The notes under the pieces: model-generated
Database searches by the model: none
Told to the model about the DNA's origin: nothing
The model's input: only the letters and a program-made list of their open reading frames with translations
Position numbers and translations under genes: made by a program
IMG/VR virus record: IMGVR_UViG_3300032223_001420
Coordinates: 22,491 to 86,490 of that record
Direction: 5' to 3' (one strand)
DNA length: 64,000 bases
Origin: a virus
In this document: piece by piece, positions 1 to 9,542 of the stretch
How positions within the stretch are numbered: position 1 is the first letter of the stretch
How the letters are laid out: every line of letters begins with the position of its first letter

Positions 1-1155
1 ACCTTCTTTTTCGTCTTTTTCTTTTCTCTTTTCTGCTGTAGGTTTTTTCTCTGGTGGTTCTGGTATAGGTGCTTTCGTACCATCTGATGCGGGTACTTGT
101 CTTACATCTACTTTAGGTTTTACTTCTTCTTTTTTAGGTACAGGAGTTGGTGCCTCTTCTTTCTTTGGCTCCTCTTTTACTTCTTCTTTTTTACCAAATA
201 CTCTACTAAGAAAAGGTTTTTTCTTTTCTTTTTCAGCCGCTTCTGCAACTTTCTTTTTTCTTTCTGCTTCTTTTTTGTCTTCTTCGGCTTTCAATAACTT
301 AGATTTTTCTTCGAAAAGTTTATTTCTTTTATCCGACAGGTCTTTGTCTTGTTTATCTAAGTCATCATATTGCTTTTTTAATTCTTCGGAACGTTTAACT
401 AACTGCTCATTTACACTGCGTCTTTCAATAAGTTTATCAACATCAACACCAAGAATATCTTTTGCAACATATCTTCCAATAACTTGCAACTTAGGCGCCA
501 ACCATTCTACAGCACTTTTAATAAAGCCGCCAATACCTTTTACAATTTCTTTATAAACCGAACCTACTTGTCCAAGCGCACTATCAACTTGCTTTTCACT
601 AATCAAACCAAAACTGATGAAGTTTAAATATTTTTTGAATGCTGTTTTGAATAAATCTAACCAATCCACATCTTTGAAAAAGGTGGTTACACCGTCGGCT
701 ATGTAAGAAATTCCTTCAGATATTATGTTGGTAATTTTCTCAATATAAGGCGAAATGATTTCCGTAATTTTATAAATTACATATCCAACAGAAAGCAACG
801 TGGTAATGAATAGACCTTGTAATACTTTTACAAAGAAATCTAGTATGCCAGCCAGAAAAGTTCGTTTCTTTTCTTTTCCATATTTTTTAACTTTGATGGT
901 TGCTACTTTTATTTCTTTAGATTCTGATAGAGATTTCGTAATATCCGAAATCTGACTTCCAGTTGCCGGTTCAATATTGTGTAATTTTACATAGTTACCA
1001 AATGCATTGTTTAATGCTTTAAGTTCTTTAGCGATTGTTGGAAACAGTAAAGTATTCTTGGCGATGATACGCAACGAAGACACTGCATCTTTTGTGTCTC
1101 TGTCTTTTTGTACCTTACTATCAGGATTTTTTTTGTTAAATAATTTTTCTAACAT
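1..1155 (-). CDS. Tape-measure/gp29-like paralogue 3 (C-terminus runs off the window)
   Basis: Not in the ORF track. Manual translation from ATG at 1155 (TAATG overlap with the upstream stop) gives MLEKLFNKKNPDSK...SLRIIAKNTLLFPTIAKEL...FFVKVLQGLFITTLLSVGYVIY (hydrophobic)...KYLNFISFGLISEKQ...then a K/E-rich coiled coil, open to position 1. Shares motifs with the two upstream ORFs. Confidence 0.7.
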   Translation of the reverse strand, partial: MLEKLFNKKNPDSKVQKDRDTKDAVSSLRIIAKNTLLFPTIAKELKALNNAFGNYVKLHNIEPATGSQISDITKSLSESKEIKVATIKVKKYGKEKKRTFLAGILDFFVKVLQGLFITTLLSVGYVIYKITEIISPYIEKITNIISEGISYIADGVTTFFKDVDWLDLFKTAFKKYLNFISFGLISEKQVDSALGQVGSVYKEIVKGIGGFIKSAVEWLAPKLQVIGRYVAKDILGVDVDKLIERRSVNEQLVKRSEELKKQYDDLDKQDKDLSDKRNKLFEEKSKLLKAEEDKKEAERKKKVAEAAEKEKKKPFLSRVFGKKEEVKEEPKKEEAPTPVPKKEEVKPKVDVRQVPASDGTKAPIPEPPEKKPTAEKRKEKDEKEG

Positions 1156-3245
1156 TATGCCGTTACTCTATTTGCCATCGCTGTTCCTGGATCAGTTTTT
1201 GGTTTTTCCAATGAAGCAGTTTGAGTGTCTACTTTTTTATTGTTATTAACCCTAGCTACATTCACTACATTAGCATCTTTAGGCTTCAATTGTTCTCTTT
1301 GTGCTTGAGCAACTTGCGTAGATTCATCTTGTAAAAATTTACCGGCGGCAGCAACTTTAGTTGAGCCTGTTACTGAAGCAAGTGCTGCCGAACCTTCTTT
1401 GTCACTAGCAGCACCAGCACGAATCAAACTTAATGTTATTGGACCACGACTCTTGACTTGTTTATACCAAGCACTATTTCTAAATTCATCTGCGGCACCT
1501 TTAAAGTTTCCTTCACCTAATAGTGCTGCCGCCTTTTTAAATTTCGTATACCAATAGCCACCCATGTTATATGTCAAATCAACCAATCCAGCTTTACCAG
1601 CTTCATTAGCCTTGTCCCAACCAGGTGCTTTTTCTGCTAGTTTCAAATGTTCGGCAAAATCTTTTTCAAACAATATACGAATTTCTTGATTACTGAATTC
1701 TCTGTCATATTCTTTAGGTAATTTTTTACCATCACCAATCAAATGCCCAACACCAACAGTCCATAATCCACGAGAATCTTTGTATGGTTTATTTTTCCAT
1801 CCCTCATTTGCAATAACCATTTGTTTGATGTTTTCATACTTACCACTTGTTGGAGATGGAGTTGCCGCTACCGGTGCAACCGCAGGCGCTGGTGTTACTG
1901 CTGGTGCGGTTGCGGGTTTAGTTATTTTCGGTTCAGCTTTTGGTGGTGTGGTTTTCTGCTCAACGGGAATACTTCCACCTTCTCTTGTTCGTTTTGTTTC
2001 CGCTTCAAGTTCAGTCTTTTCTTTTTCCTGTTTTGCCTTTTCGACTTTTGCTGCCTCTAAATTAGCTTTTTCGGGACCCTCAGCCATTGACTTAATATCA
2101 TATTCGAGTGTGGCTATTTCTATTTCAAGTTGACGAATATGAATTTTTTTCTGTTCGATTTTTTCGTCCATTTGTTGAAAATACTCAGCATATTTCTCAC
2201 GTTGTTTTGCTTCTTCTTCCATTCTTTTGGCATTCATTTGCTCGAATGAAGATTTAAAATCTGATGGAGTAGATTCGTTAGTAAATAAAGAGGTAACTTT
2301 TTTGTATATAAAGATGGCAAATTTACTAATTTTTTCTTCAATAAATTGGATTGATTTGTCTATTACATTCAAAGAAAACTTAAAGAAATTATTATACCAT
2401 TTACCAAAAAAATCATAGATATCAGACGAATTTTCTTTACCCAATATACCAAAGCTGAATTCATCCATCAGACCAACAATAAAAGTTTTAAAAAAATCTC
2501 CACCTTTTTGATACTCCGCCCATGCGTCTTTTAGTGGGTCCCAGACCATTAATACGACTGTTACTGCGGCCGCAATCAATGCTGCAAATGGACCAGAAAA
2601 CGCTACGGAAGCGGCAAACGCAGTGCCAAATCTAACGGCCAATTTTTGTAAACCTTTTGTGAAAAATCGTTTTAATGCATTCGAAAATACTTTAACTACA
2701 GGTTTTATAATTTTACTGGCGTTTTTTCTAAACCAATCCATGAACATCTTTTTGACGTTCAGTTTACCCATTATACTTTTTAGACTTGATAATAGTTTTC
2801 TTTTGAATTTCATAAACTTACGAATCCACGTAAGTTTTTTCAACTTCTTCAATGCTGCTGCGGCAAGTTTTCGTTCTAACGGTCTTTCTACTCTATAATT
2901 GATATATTTTTCCATCAACGATTTTACCCAACCTTTATTACTATGGGTTCCATCTTGTGATGCTTTGGATATTTTTGAACCTAGATATTTTTCACGAAGA
3001 ACATTGAATTTTTTAGAACGCTCGTCATCTTTCAAAAAGTGTGCATCTGGAGTACCTTTAACTTTGATACCCTCTATGGCCAACCAACGTGAAAAATTTA
3101 AACGAATGAGTTTGAGGTCGTTTGCCATTTTACCAATGGCAAGATAATTAATCGCTGTCTTTTTTAGGGTGCTGACTACAGGAGATGGTGATGATTTATT
3201 AAGATCACCCTTGTCTATTGTAAGACCAAGAAGATCAGATAGCAT
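1155..3245 (-). CDS. Tape-measure/gp29-like protein with C-proximal GH24 (T4-type) lysozyme domain
   Basis: 696 aa with a hydrophobic segment, coiled coil and Pro/Ala linker, followed by ANEGWKNKPYKDSRGLWTVGVGHLI (E-x8-D-x5-T catalytic pattern) and DLTYNMG...SAWYKQVKSRG, typical of phage lysozymes. Confidence 0.8.
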   Translation of the reverse strand: MLSDLLGLTIDKGDLNKSSPSPVVSTLKKTAINYLAIGKMANDLKLIRLNFSRWLAIEGIKVKGTPDAHFLKDDERSKKFNVLREKYLGSKISKASQDGTHSNKGWVKSLMEKYINYRVERPLERKLAAAALKKLKKLTWIRKFMKFKRKLLSSLKSIMGKLNVKKMFMDWFRKNASKIIKPVVKVFSNALKRFFTKGLQKLAVRFGTAFAASVAFSGPFAALIAAAVTVVLMVWDPLKDAWAEYQKGGDFFKTFIVGLMDEFSFGILGKENSSDIYDFFGKWYNNFFKFSLNVIDKSIQFIEEKISKFAIFIYKKVTSLFTNESTPSDFKSSFEQMNAKRMEEEAKQREKYAEYFQQMDEKIEQKKIHIRQLEIEIATLEYDIKSMAEGPEKANLEAAKVEKAKQEKEKTELEAETKRTREGGSIPVEQKTTPPKAEPKITKPATAPAVTPAPAVAPVAATPSPTSGKYENIKQMVIANEGWKNKPYKDSRGLWTVGVGHLIGDGKKLPKEYDREFSNQEIRILFEKDFAEHLKLAEKAPGWDKANEAGKAGLVDLTYNMGGYWYTKFKKAAALLGEGNFKGAADEFRNSAWYKQVKSRGPITLSLIRAGAASDKEGSAALASVTGSTKVAAAGKFLQDESTQVAQAQREQLKPKDANVVNVARVNNNKKVDTQTASLEKPKTDPGTAMANRVTA

Positions 3246-3247
3246 AG

Positions 3248-4933
3248 TTAAGCAGCAGCCGTTCTATTTGAATAATAACTATCAATAAAACTAGTATTAA
3301 ATGCATCGGCTGTTTGTTTTGATTTGTTACTGGTCGTACCCATATTATTATTGACGGTACCAGCATCAACAACAATACCAGCATCAGCAGCCGCATCCAT
3401 TCTCTGTCCTTCAGCAACATCAGATGATGCTTGTGATAGTGATGCTCCAGAAGTTTTTGGTGTTGCTGCTGTTTCTGCTGAAGGTGAAGCGGCTGCACTT
3501 ATTGAAGATGCCGGTGGTGTTCCACCTCCAGCAGTTGCCGCAGGAGGTGTTGCTGTTTGTGTAGTTGGAGCAACTGCTGTAGGTGTTGCTGCTGCTTTCA
3601 GTGCTGCTAGAATTTTATCAGGATTGCCCCCTTCGTCCGCAATATCTTGCCGAACGGCTTCTACTGAAACTGGATAATTTGTTTTTACTCTTGAAAAACC
3701 CGTTGGCGATTTTGGGTCAACTTGTACACCAACTTTTTTTCTTAAAAATTCTACAGCAGATTCTTTACTTGTTTCCGCTTTGGTTGCTAAAGATTCTTTT
3801 GATGCGGAACCTTTTGCTCCTTTATCGGGAGTTGGGCTTGTTGCCATACCACCAGACACAACAACACCTTGCTGATCGGTGACAATTTCTCCTTGTGCAG
3901 TTTTTGCTTTACCTAAATCTTCTTTAGGTGGAGCAATTGGTGTCGCACCACCAGTTGGTGCTGGAGCAACTTCATCCGCAGTTTTCTTAAATGGTCTAAA
4001 TCCAGGTACCTGAACATCAGAAAACCCCCAACCAATTTTCTTTAATAAGTCACCGACAATAGGAAGATCATTAATCTTAGATAATGGAATCGTAAATGGG
4101 TCCCACCCAATATTATCTTTTAACCATCCTACAATTTTTTGAAATGTTTCACCAATAACATCAATCATTGGAGAAATATATTCTGATAAATCATCTAATG
4201 ATTTGCGTAGTTCTTTTTCACCAAATAATCCAGCAGTAATAAAATCTAAAAATTTACCAACACCTTTAATCAGCGTCTCTTTAACGATATCCGTTTCGGT
4301 AATTGCTTTCCAGCCTTCTTCAATAGATTTGAATAGGTCTTCAATTAATGGCAATGGATTTAATTTCTCTGCAATACCACTTATAATCTTACCCAAATCA
4401 AATGCGGAAGAAAATGCTAAGGCCAAACCTAAAAAGAGAGTTGCTAATACCTTTTTCAATAAATCCCAAAGATAACCAACAACACCTTCTTCACCACCAG
4501 TGTCTTCTTTTTCTTTTTTAGGTTTACCTTCTTTGTCTACCTGCTTTGGAGCAGTTTCTTTCTTACGGGCTTCTTCAAGTTCTGCTTCTCGTTTGTCTTC
4601 GGTTTTAAAAAACTTATCCGCTTTGGTAATCGCTTCGGCGTTTTTAAACTTGACTAGCTTGACAATATTTTGACGCAACACATTCATATCTCTTGCCATA
4701 CCAGGCAGAGCAAGAGAGTTTTTCGCAATGATGTTTAGAAAAGGTATAACATCTGCGCTGATTGAACCTTCAGTCTCACCGCCAGCTTTAGTTGGAGACT
4801 TCTCATCCTTTTTTTTCTGAAATAACGAACCAAATGAAAAACTAGCCCCTTTGTTACCAAGAGACTCTTTCATCATACGAAAATTTTCGTACCCTAACTT
4901 CTTAGCCAGTTCTTCTAAATTTTTATCTGCCAT
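3248..4933 (-). CDS. Tape-measure/gp29-like baseplate hub protein
   Basis: 561 aa, helical, with a hydrophobic stretch KKVLATLFLGLALAFSSAF, an Ala/Thr/Pro-rich C-terminal part and a VNNN motif; located downstream of gp26/gp51-like genes. Confidence 0.6.
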   Translation of the reverse strand: MADKNLEELAKKLGYENFRMMKESLGNKGASFSFGSLFQKKKDEKSPTKAGGETEGSISADVIPFLNIIAKNSLALPGMARDMNVLRQNIVKLVKFKNAEAITKADKFFKTEDKREAELEEARKKETAPKQVDKEGKPKKEKEDTGGEEGVVGYLWDLLKKVLATLFLGLALAFSSAFDLGKIISGIAEKLNPLPLIEDLFKSIEEGWKAITETDIVKETLIKGVGKFLDFITAGLFGEKELRKSLDDLSEYISPMIDVIGETFQKIVGWLKDNIGWDPFTIPLSKINDLPIVGDLLKKIGWGFSDVQVPGFRPFKKTADEVAPAPTGGATPIAPPKEDLGKAKTAQGEIVTDQQGVVVSGGMATSPTPDKGAKGSASKESLATKAETSKESAVEFLRKKVGVQVDPKSPTGFSRVKTNYPVSVEAVRQDIADEGGNPDKILAALKAAATPTAVAPTTQTATPPAATAGGGTPPASSISAAASPSAETAATPKTSGASLSQASSDVAEGQRMDAAADAGIVVDAGTVNNNMGTTSNKSKQTADAFNTSFIDSYYSNRTAAA

Positions 4934-5073
4934 TACTTCCTAGCCTGTTTTTGTGCATTAATACGTTCTTTTTCTTCTTCCAGATACTTAATCAAAAGAC
5001 TAATGTATATGTTTCTTTCCCAAGGTATCATATCTTCAAGTTCAGTCAAACTATATTTGTGATGCTGCATCAT
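4933..5073 (-). CDS. Small gp51-like baseplate hub assembly ORF (46 aa from ATG; probably also the -1 frameshift extension of gp26)
   Basis: Manual translation MMQHHKYSLTELEDMIPWERNIYISLLIKYLEEEKERINAQKQARK*, a motif typical of T4-like aquatic phages. The frame stays open upstream to the gp26 slippery site. Confidence 0.75.
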   Translation of the reverse strand: MMQHHKYSLTELEDMIPWERNIYISLLIKYLEEEKERINAQKQARK

Positions 5074-5120
5074 TGCAAAGTTTGTCTGATAGTAATTACC
5101 TAGTGTATCATGACGAAATA

Positions 5121-5852
5121 TTAAGCGAAAAAATTTTGTAAGCCTTTGATGACCATTTCTTCCTCATAGCCACATTTAGGGCAATGAAAGTGAACATCTT
5201 TTTTAATCTCAGGCATTGTGTCAAAAAACACACGAATTTTTTCTAAATCTTTTTGCTGCATAGAATCCACGAAGTCTTCAAGTTCTTTACGTGAGGTATC
5301 TTTGGCATAATAAATTTGTTCATCATCATATAAGAAATCGATACAGTCAATAAGAATATTGACCATGATATCATTTTCATCCATCTGTTCATACTTCTGA
5401 ACCATCTCAAACGTTGGATATTTTAGACTGATGCCGATTTTATCATTCAACATAAACTTAGATTCATGCTCGGTGTGTTTTGTTGGTTCTATTTGTAATA
5501 GGTTTACATCAAACTCAACGGAGCCGTTACAAACGGTATCTTCACCCTTATCGTTTTTTATTGAATTGTTGCATTTATATTTTAGGTTAACGACTTCTTC
5601 TACCGATCTTGCACGAAGATTCATAAACAGATATTCAAGATCAAATGTTGGCAAACTATCAACATCTATCTCATCCAAGATACAGTTTTTTAAAACTTGC
5701 TTAATTGTTGTGATCGTTTCTTTTGAATCTTCTGATTCGGCTGCCATTAAAAACAACTTTTGTTCTTTGACTAAGAATGGACGAATTCTAACATCCTGTC
5801 CTGTTGAAATCAATTTAACATTGTAAATAGGCACATCAAGTTTTGGTAACAT
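5121..5852 (-). CDS. gp26: Baseplate hub assembly protein gp26-like
   Basis: MLPKLDVPIY...RPFLVKEQK...LPTFDLEYLFMNLRARSVEE, CPKC motif, ends GLQNFFA. Confidence 0.85.
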   Translation of the reverse strand: MLPKLDVPIYNVKLISTGQDVRIRPFLVKEQKLFLMAAESEDSKETITTIKQVLKNCILDEIDVDSLPTFDLEYLFMNLRARSVEEVVNLKYKCNNSIKNDKGEDTVCNGSVEFDVNLLQIEPTKHTEHESKFMLNDKIGISLKYPTFEMVQKYEQMDENDIMVNILIDCIDFLYDDEQIYYAKDTSRKELEDFVDSMQQKDLEKIRVFFDTMPEIKKDVHFHCPKCGYEEEMVIKGLQNFFA

Positions 5853-5869
5853 AGTTTCCTCTCAAGTAA

Positions 5870-6610
5870 TTAAAATATACTTCTTCCAAGCACACCTAAT
5901 CCAGTTGCTCCAAGCGTTGTTAGTGTTTGACCAACATCCCAATTACCTTCATAAATTGGTCGATAACGTTGATAAGCAAACTGTATTGACAAACGATGAA
6001 ACCCATCATCTTGCCAGCTTAGTGTTTGTGGAGAAATTCCAATTGGAAAAGCATCAACTAAATCTACCGCAAATATCTGACGAACCACATCATCATATTG
6101 TATAATACGAATATTTGTCATGTATCTTGATGCTTCGCTTTTTGGAAAACGAGCGTTGTTTGTATCAGACGGTATAATTGCTTCCATCCAACGATCAAAC
6201 AATTTGCGCTCGTAAAAATCATTTGTACAGATAAACGTCAGTGTTGTATCTGTGTATTGCATACGATATGGAATCTTATAACTTGGTCCATATATTCTTG
6301 CATCGGCTGTTTCTAATGTACGACCTGGCAATTCTGCTGCTTCACATTGTAACGCTAAGTATCGTGATATCGATGGGTTAGCCGACTTCATTGGTCCATC
6401 TTGATCTTGTGTTCCTAATGCAGAATTAATAGCATCCGAAACATCTGAAAAAATAGAATTAGGAAAATTCAATATTTTCTCGATAACTGAGTTACCTACC
6501 GCTTGTCCAATATAAGGTGGTATGGGTAATATCACTTCAAATCGTGATGGTTTGGCTGGACCGCCTTTACCGTTTATATTTGATAGAAATAGATTAGGTG
6601 AAAACGACAT
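5870..6610 (-). CDS. Tail tube-like / baseplate tail tube initiator (gp54-like)
   Basis: GPAKPSRFEV, CEAAELPGR, FDRWMEAI, LVDAFPIGI, RLSIQFAY: gp19-fold motifs. Confidence 0.75.
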   Translation of the reverse strand: MSFSPNLFLSNINGKGGPAKPSRFEVILPIPPYIGQAVGNSVIEKILNFPNSIFSDVSDAINSALGTQDQDGPMKSANPSISRYLALQCEAAELPGRTLETADARIYGPSYKIPYRMQYTDTTLTFICTNDFYERKLFDRWMEAIIPSDTNNARFPKSEASRYMTNIRIIQYDDVVRQIFAVDLVDAFPIGISPQTLSWQDDGFHRLSIQFAYQRYRPIYEGNWDVGQTLTTLGATGLGVLGRSIF

Positions 6611-7194
6611 TAAAATTTATCCTCTGATTCTGACCATACTTTGTTTTTACTTGCTTTAGCAAACGACTCTACAGGCAACATGACGGCGATGTCCCATTCA
6701 TCTGCTGTAATCTCTAAAAACCTAGACTGCACATGACTAAACAAGTATCGTTTGATACAAGGTTTAGCCTGATATATTTTCGATGCTTTTGCTAGGTAAT
6801 CATAACTTATTCTGAGTCTAGTTTTCTCATCGTAGTTATGGTCAGTTAATAAGGTACTCAATTTATCTAAAAGAAGTACACGTTGCTTTGGGCTAATGTA
6901 ATGTAAATTGAGCCCTAAAAAGCCGTCTGGGTATTGTTCTATTGGAATCACCAATGGGAACTTATCGTAGTATGGCAACGTATCCTTCGTTTTTGGATCA
7001 TAAAAATAAAAGTACATTCTACCAATAATGGACTTTTCTCTGAGTCTTTGCTTGTCACGCATCAAATCACCTTTGGTAGGTTTCAATGCAGAGATTTTAG
7101 CTTTTAACCAAGTACGTGAGTCACGTGTACGAGGTTCTAATCCTTTTTTAGCAAGAGATTCTTTGATTCTGTCTATGAGTGTTTTGGTAGCCAT
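6610..7194 (-). CDS. gp2: DNA end protector protein
   Basis: GRMYFYFYDPKTKDTLPYYDKFPLV...GFLGLNLHY...IKRYL. Confidence 0.9.
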   Translation of the reverse strand: MATKTLIDRIKESLAKKGLEPRTRDSRTWLKAKISALKPTKGDLMRDKQRLREKSIIGRMYFYFYDPKTKDTLPYYDKFPLVIPIEQYPDGFLGLNLHYISPKQRVLLLDKLSTLLTDHNYDEKTRLRISYDYLAKASKIYQAKPCIKRYLFSHVQSRFLEITADEWDIAVMLPVESFAKASKNKVWSESEDKF

Positions 7195-7198
7195 CTAG

Positions 7199-7205
7199 TA
7201 TTTAT
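7199..7205 (-). promoter_or_regulatory. T4-type late promoter (ATAAATA) for gp2
   Basis: tatttat on the + strand, 4 nt before the gp2 ATG. Confidence 0.65.
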
Positions 7206-7206
7206 C

Positions 7207-7653
7207 TCAAATGCCTAGATGTTTTTCCGTGATGACTTGAAATTCCCAGCCGTGGTCTTTGCAGAATTCTGTTGCTGCTTTCCACTTTGATTGGTTGATG
7301 ATGTACGTAGCCGACTCTTGCAGGTATCGTTTAGTCTTGCGTTTTTGAGTTGGTGGTTTAGTTTGAGCATCTGGCTTAACTTCAATGATATAAGTTTTTA
7401 TTGTACCGTCTCTGCGGCGTATTTTGGCTACAAAGTCGGGAAAGTACCGATGTTTCTTATTATCGATTGGATTCCAGTAAGGTATGACCAGTTCTTCCGA
7501 ACCCCACCATATAACGTCAGGATGCTCATCTAAATATTTCATCACCTTTAACTCCCAGGACGAACGATAGATGATGTTTGTCGCATCCCCTTTATATTTT
7601 TGTGGGTTTTTCGAAACGAAGATTCCTTTGTAAGTTTTTCCTGAATATGACAT
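7207..7653 (-). CDS. gp4: Head completion nuclease
   Basis: NPQKYKGD...YRSSWE...WGSEE...HRYFPDF...IEVKP...NQSKWKAA (PD-(D/E)xK). Confidence 0.92.
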   Translation of the reverse strand: MSYSGKTYKGIFVSKNPQKYKGDATNIIYRSSWELKVMKYLDEHPDVIWWGSEELVIPYWNPIDNKKHRYFPDFVAKIRRRDGTIKTYIIEVKPDAQTKPPTQKRKTKRYLQESATYIINQSKWKAATEFCKDHGWEFQVITEKHLGI

Positions 7654-7658
7654 AAATA
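7652..7658 (+). promoter_or_regulatory. Late promoter (ATAAATA) for the gp48 baseplate operon
   Basis: Motif overlaps the gp4 start codon in the divergent junction. Confidence 0.6.
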
Positions 7659-7686
7659 CTATCTAGTCAATCATTTTAGGACAAAT

Positions 7687-8868
7687 ATGGCACTTTTCGG
7701 TCTTTCAGATATTACCATTTCCCAAGAAAAGAAAACAAGGGGTCCTCTTGCTCCACTTTTTACTGATGAATATGGCACATCAAATACGTTCAGATACCCA
7801 CTTGATATTGGTAACTATGACAAAGCGCACTACATGGTTATTCATATTTTTCAACAAAATAAATCAGTTATTAAAGGTATAGAAAGAAACAATAATCTAC
7901 CTACTGGTATTGATATTCAAACCAAGATGAATAACCTGGCAGCTACAACCGCTCAGAATTTCAAACAACAATTTTCAAGCGTCATCAATAATAAAATTGA
8001 CGGTGCATTTAATTCAATTAATAATGCAGTTGGAGGGCGATTAAACTTTTTTAAAGCGTCTGGACCATCATTCGATTCAGCAGCAAAGGCACAATCTACG
8101 AGTAACAAATCTTATATTGACAGTGTGGCAAATATTCAAAATGAATCACTTTTCAAAAATCAAACAACACGGACCAAAGATTCGATTGTTTTGTATATGC
8201 CAGACACAGTACAATTTTCAAGTACGCAAGGATATGAAAATTTAGACTTAGGTGGATTGGCTGGACAAGCAGGAAAAATTGGTGCGAGTATATTAAAAGG
8301 TGAAGAAGTAAATGTTGGTGGTGCAGTTGTAGCCGCTGCGGTAAACGCTGGTATAAAAAAATTAGGTGAACTTTCTAATTCGGGAGATGCAGCAAAGGCT
8401 GCCGCTTTTTTGGCTACAGGTGGTATTGTTAACCCACAATTAGAACTTCTCTATACTGCTCCGAATTTTCGCTCATTCAATTATGAATTTATGTTCTACC
8501 CAAGAAGTGAACAAGAAGCATTAGAGGTGCAGAACATTATCGAACGATTGCGTTTTCATCAAGCTCCAGAATTGGATAAAAGTACAGCAAATGTTTTATT
8601 GATTCCACCATCAGAATTTGAAATTATGTTTTTCTATAATGGTAGAAAAAACCCGAATATTCCAAATATGACACGTTGTGTTTTGGAGTCGATTGATGTC
8701 AACTATGCGCCAAACGGATGGTCTGCTTATGAGATGCCAGGCGAAAGTAGCCCAGCAATAGGTAGAACTGGTATGCCCACAGCAATTCAATTGACACTGG
8801 GATTTAAAGAAACCCAATTCTTAACAAAACGTGATTTCAGAACTTTTGCTTCGGACAATAAGAAATAA
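7687..8868 (+). CDS. gp48: Baseplate tail tube cap
   Basis: FRYPLD, LYMPD, NPQLELLY...FRSFNYEFMFYPRS, CVLESIDVNYAPNG, LGFKET. Confidence 0.85.
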   Translation: MALFGLSDITISQEKKTRGPLAPLFTDEYGTSNTFRYPLDIGNYDKAHYMVIHIFQQNKSVIKGIERNNNLPTGIDIQTKMNNLAATTAQNFKQQFSSVINNKIDGAFNSINNAVGGRLNFFKASGPSFDSAAKAQSTSNKSYIDSVANIQNESLFKNQTTRTKDSIVLYMPDTVQFSSTQGYENLDLGGLAGQAGKIGASILKGEEVNVGGAVVAAAVNAGIKKLGELSNSGDAAKAAAFLATGGIVNPQLELLYTAPNFRSFNYEFMFYPRSEQEALEVQNIIERLRFHQAPELDKSTANVLLIPPSEFEIMFFYNGRKNPNIPNMTRCVLESIDVNYAPNGWSAYEMPGESSPAIGRTGMPTAIQLTLGFKETQFLTKRDFRTFASDNKK

Positions 8869-8870
8869 AA

Positions 8871-9542
8871 ATGGCAAATTATTTTAACTTTTTTCCAACA
8901 ACATATTATACCAGTTCGAATACAACTTCCGATTTAGATACTGTTACGAATATTATTGCACGATTTGCTTTTGAGAATTCGACTAAAAATAATAGCAATA
9001 TTTTTTATCCTTATGAAATACAAGATGGCGATACACCAGAAATTATAGCATCTAAGTATTATGGCTCACCAGAGAGACATTGGATTGTTTTGTTGTACAA
9101 TGATATTATCGATCCACAATATGATTGGCCATTAGACCAAAGAACAATTATTAAATACATCGATAAGAAATATTCCGCACCCGAATATGCAGATACGGCA
9201 AATACAAATGTATCTGGTTTAAGTTGGTCTATGAACGTAAATAATGTATACGCATACACTAAAACAATATCTAGAGTTGGTACAACTGATGCTTCACCAG
9301 TCACTATTACTGAAACAATTCGAGTTGATGCGAGTACGTATGCAAATGTGATTACTTCAACAAATAATTATACTTTGAAAAGTGGTACAAAAGTTGCCGA
9401 AACAACCACAAAACAAAAACAAACCTATTATGATTATGAAATTCAGACCAACGATACAAAACGAAAAATCAAATTACTAAGACCAGAATATGTAACCGAA
9501 AAGGGTTTAATTGGCGAATTTAAGAAAGTAATTAGTTCATGA
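8871..9542 (+). CDS. gp53: Baseplate wedge subunit (LysM-like)
   Basis: YEIQDGDTPEIIASKYYG...HWIVLLYNDIIDPQYDWP...KRKIKLLRPEY. Confidence 0.9.
   Translation: MANYFNFFPTTYYTSSNTTSDLDTVTNIIARFAFENSTKNNSNIFYPYEIQDGDTPEIIASKYYGSPERHWIVLLYNDIIDPQYDWPLDQRTIIKYIDKKYSAPEYADTANTNVSGLSWSMNVNNVYAYTKTISRVGTTDASPVTITETIRVDASTYANVITSTNNYTLKSGTKVAETTTKQKQTYYDYEIQTNDTKRKIKLLRPEYVTEKGLIGEFKKVISS

Noticed and set aside
97-5826. Plus-strand Phe/Ser/Leu-rich ORFs opposite the tape-measure and gp26 genes
   Set aside because: Antisense shadows of Lys/Glu-rich minus-strand genes.
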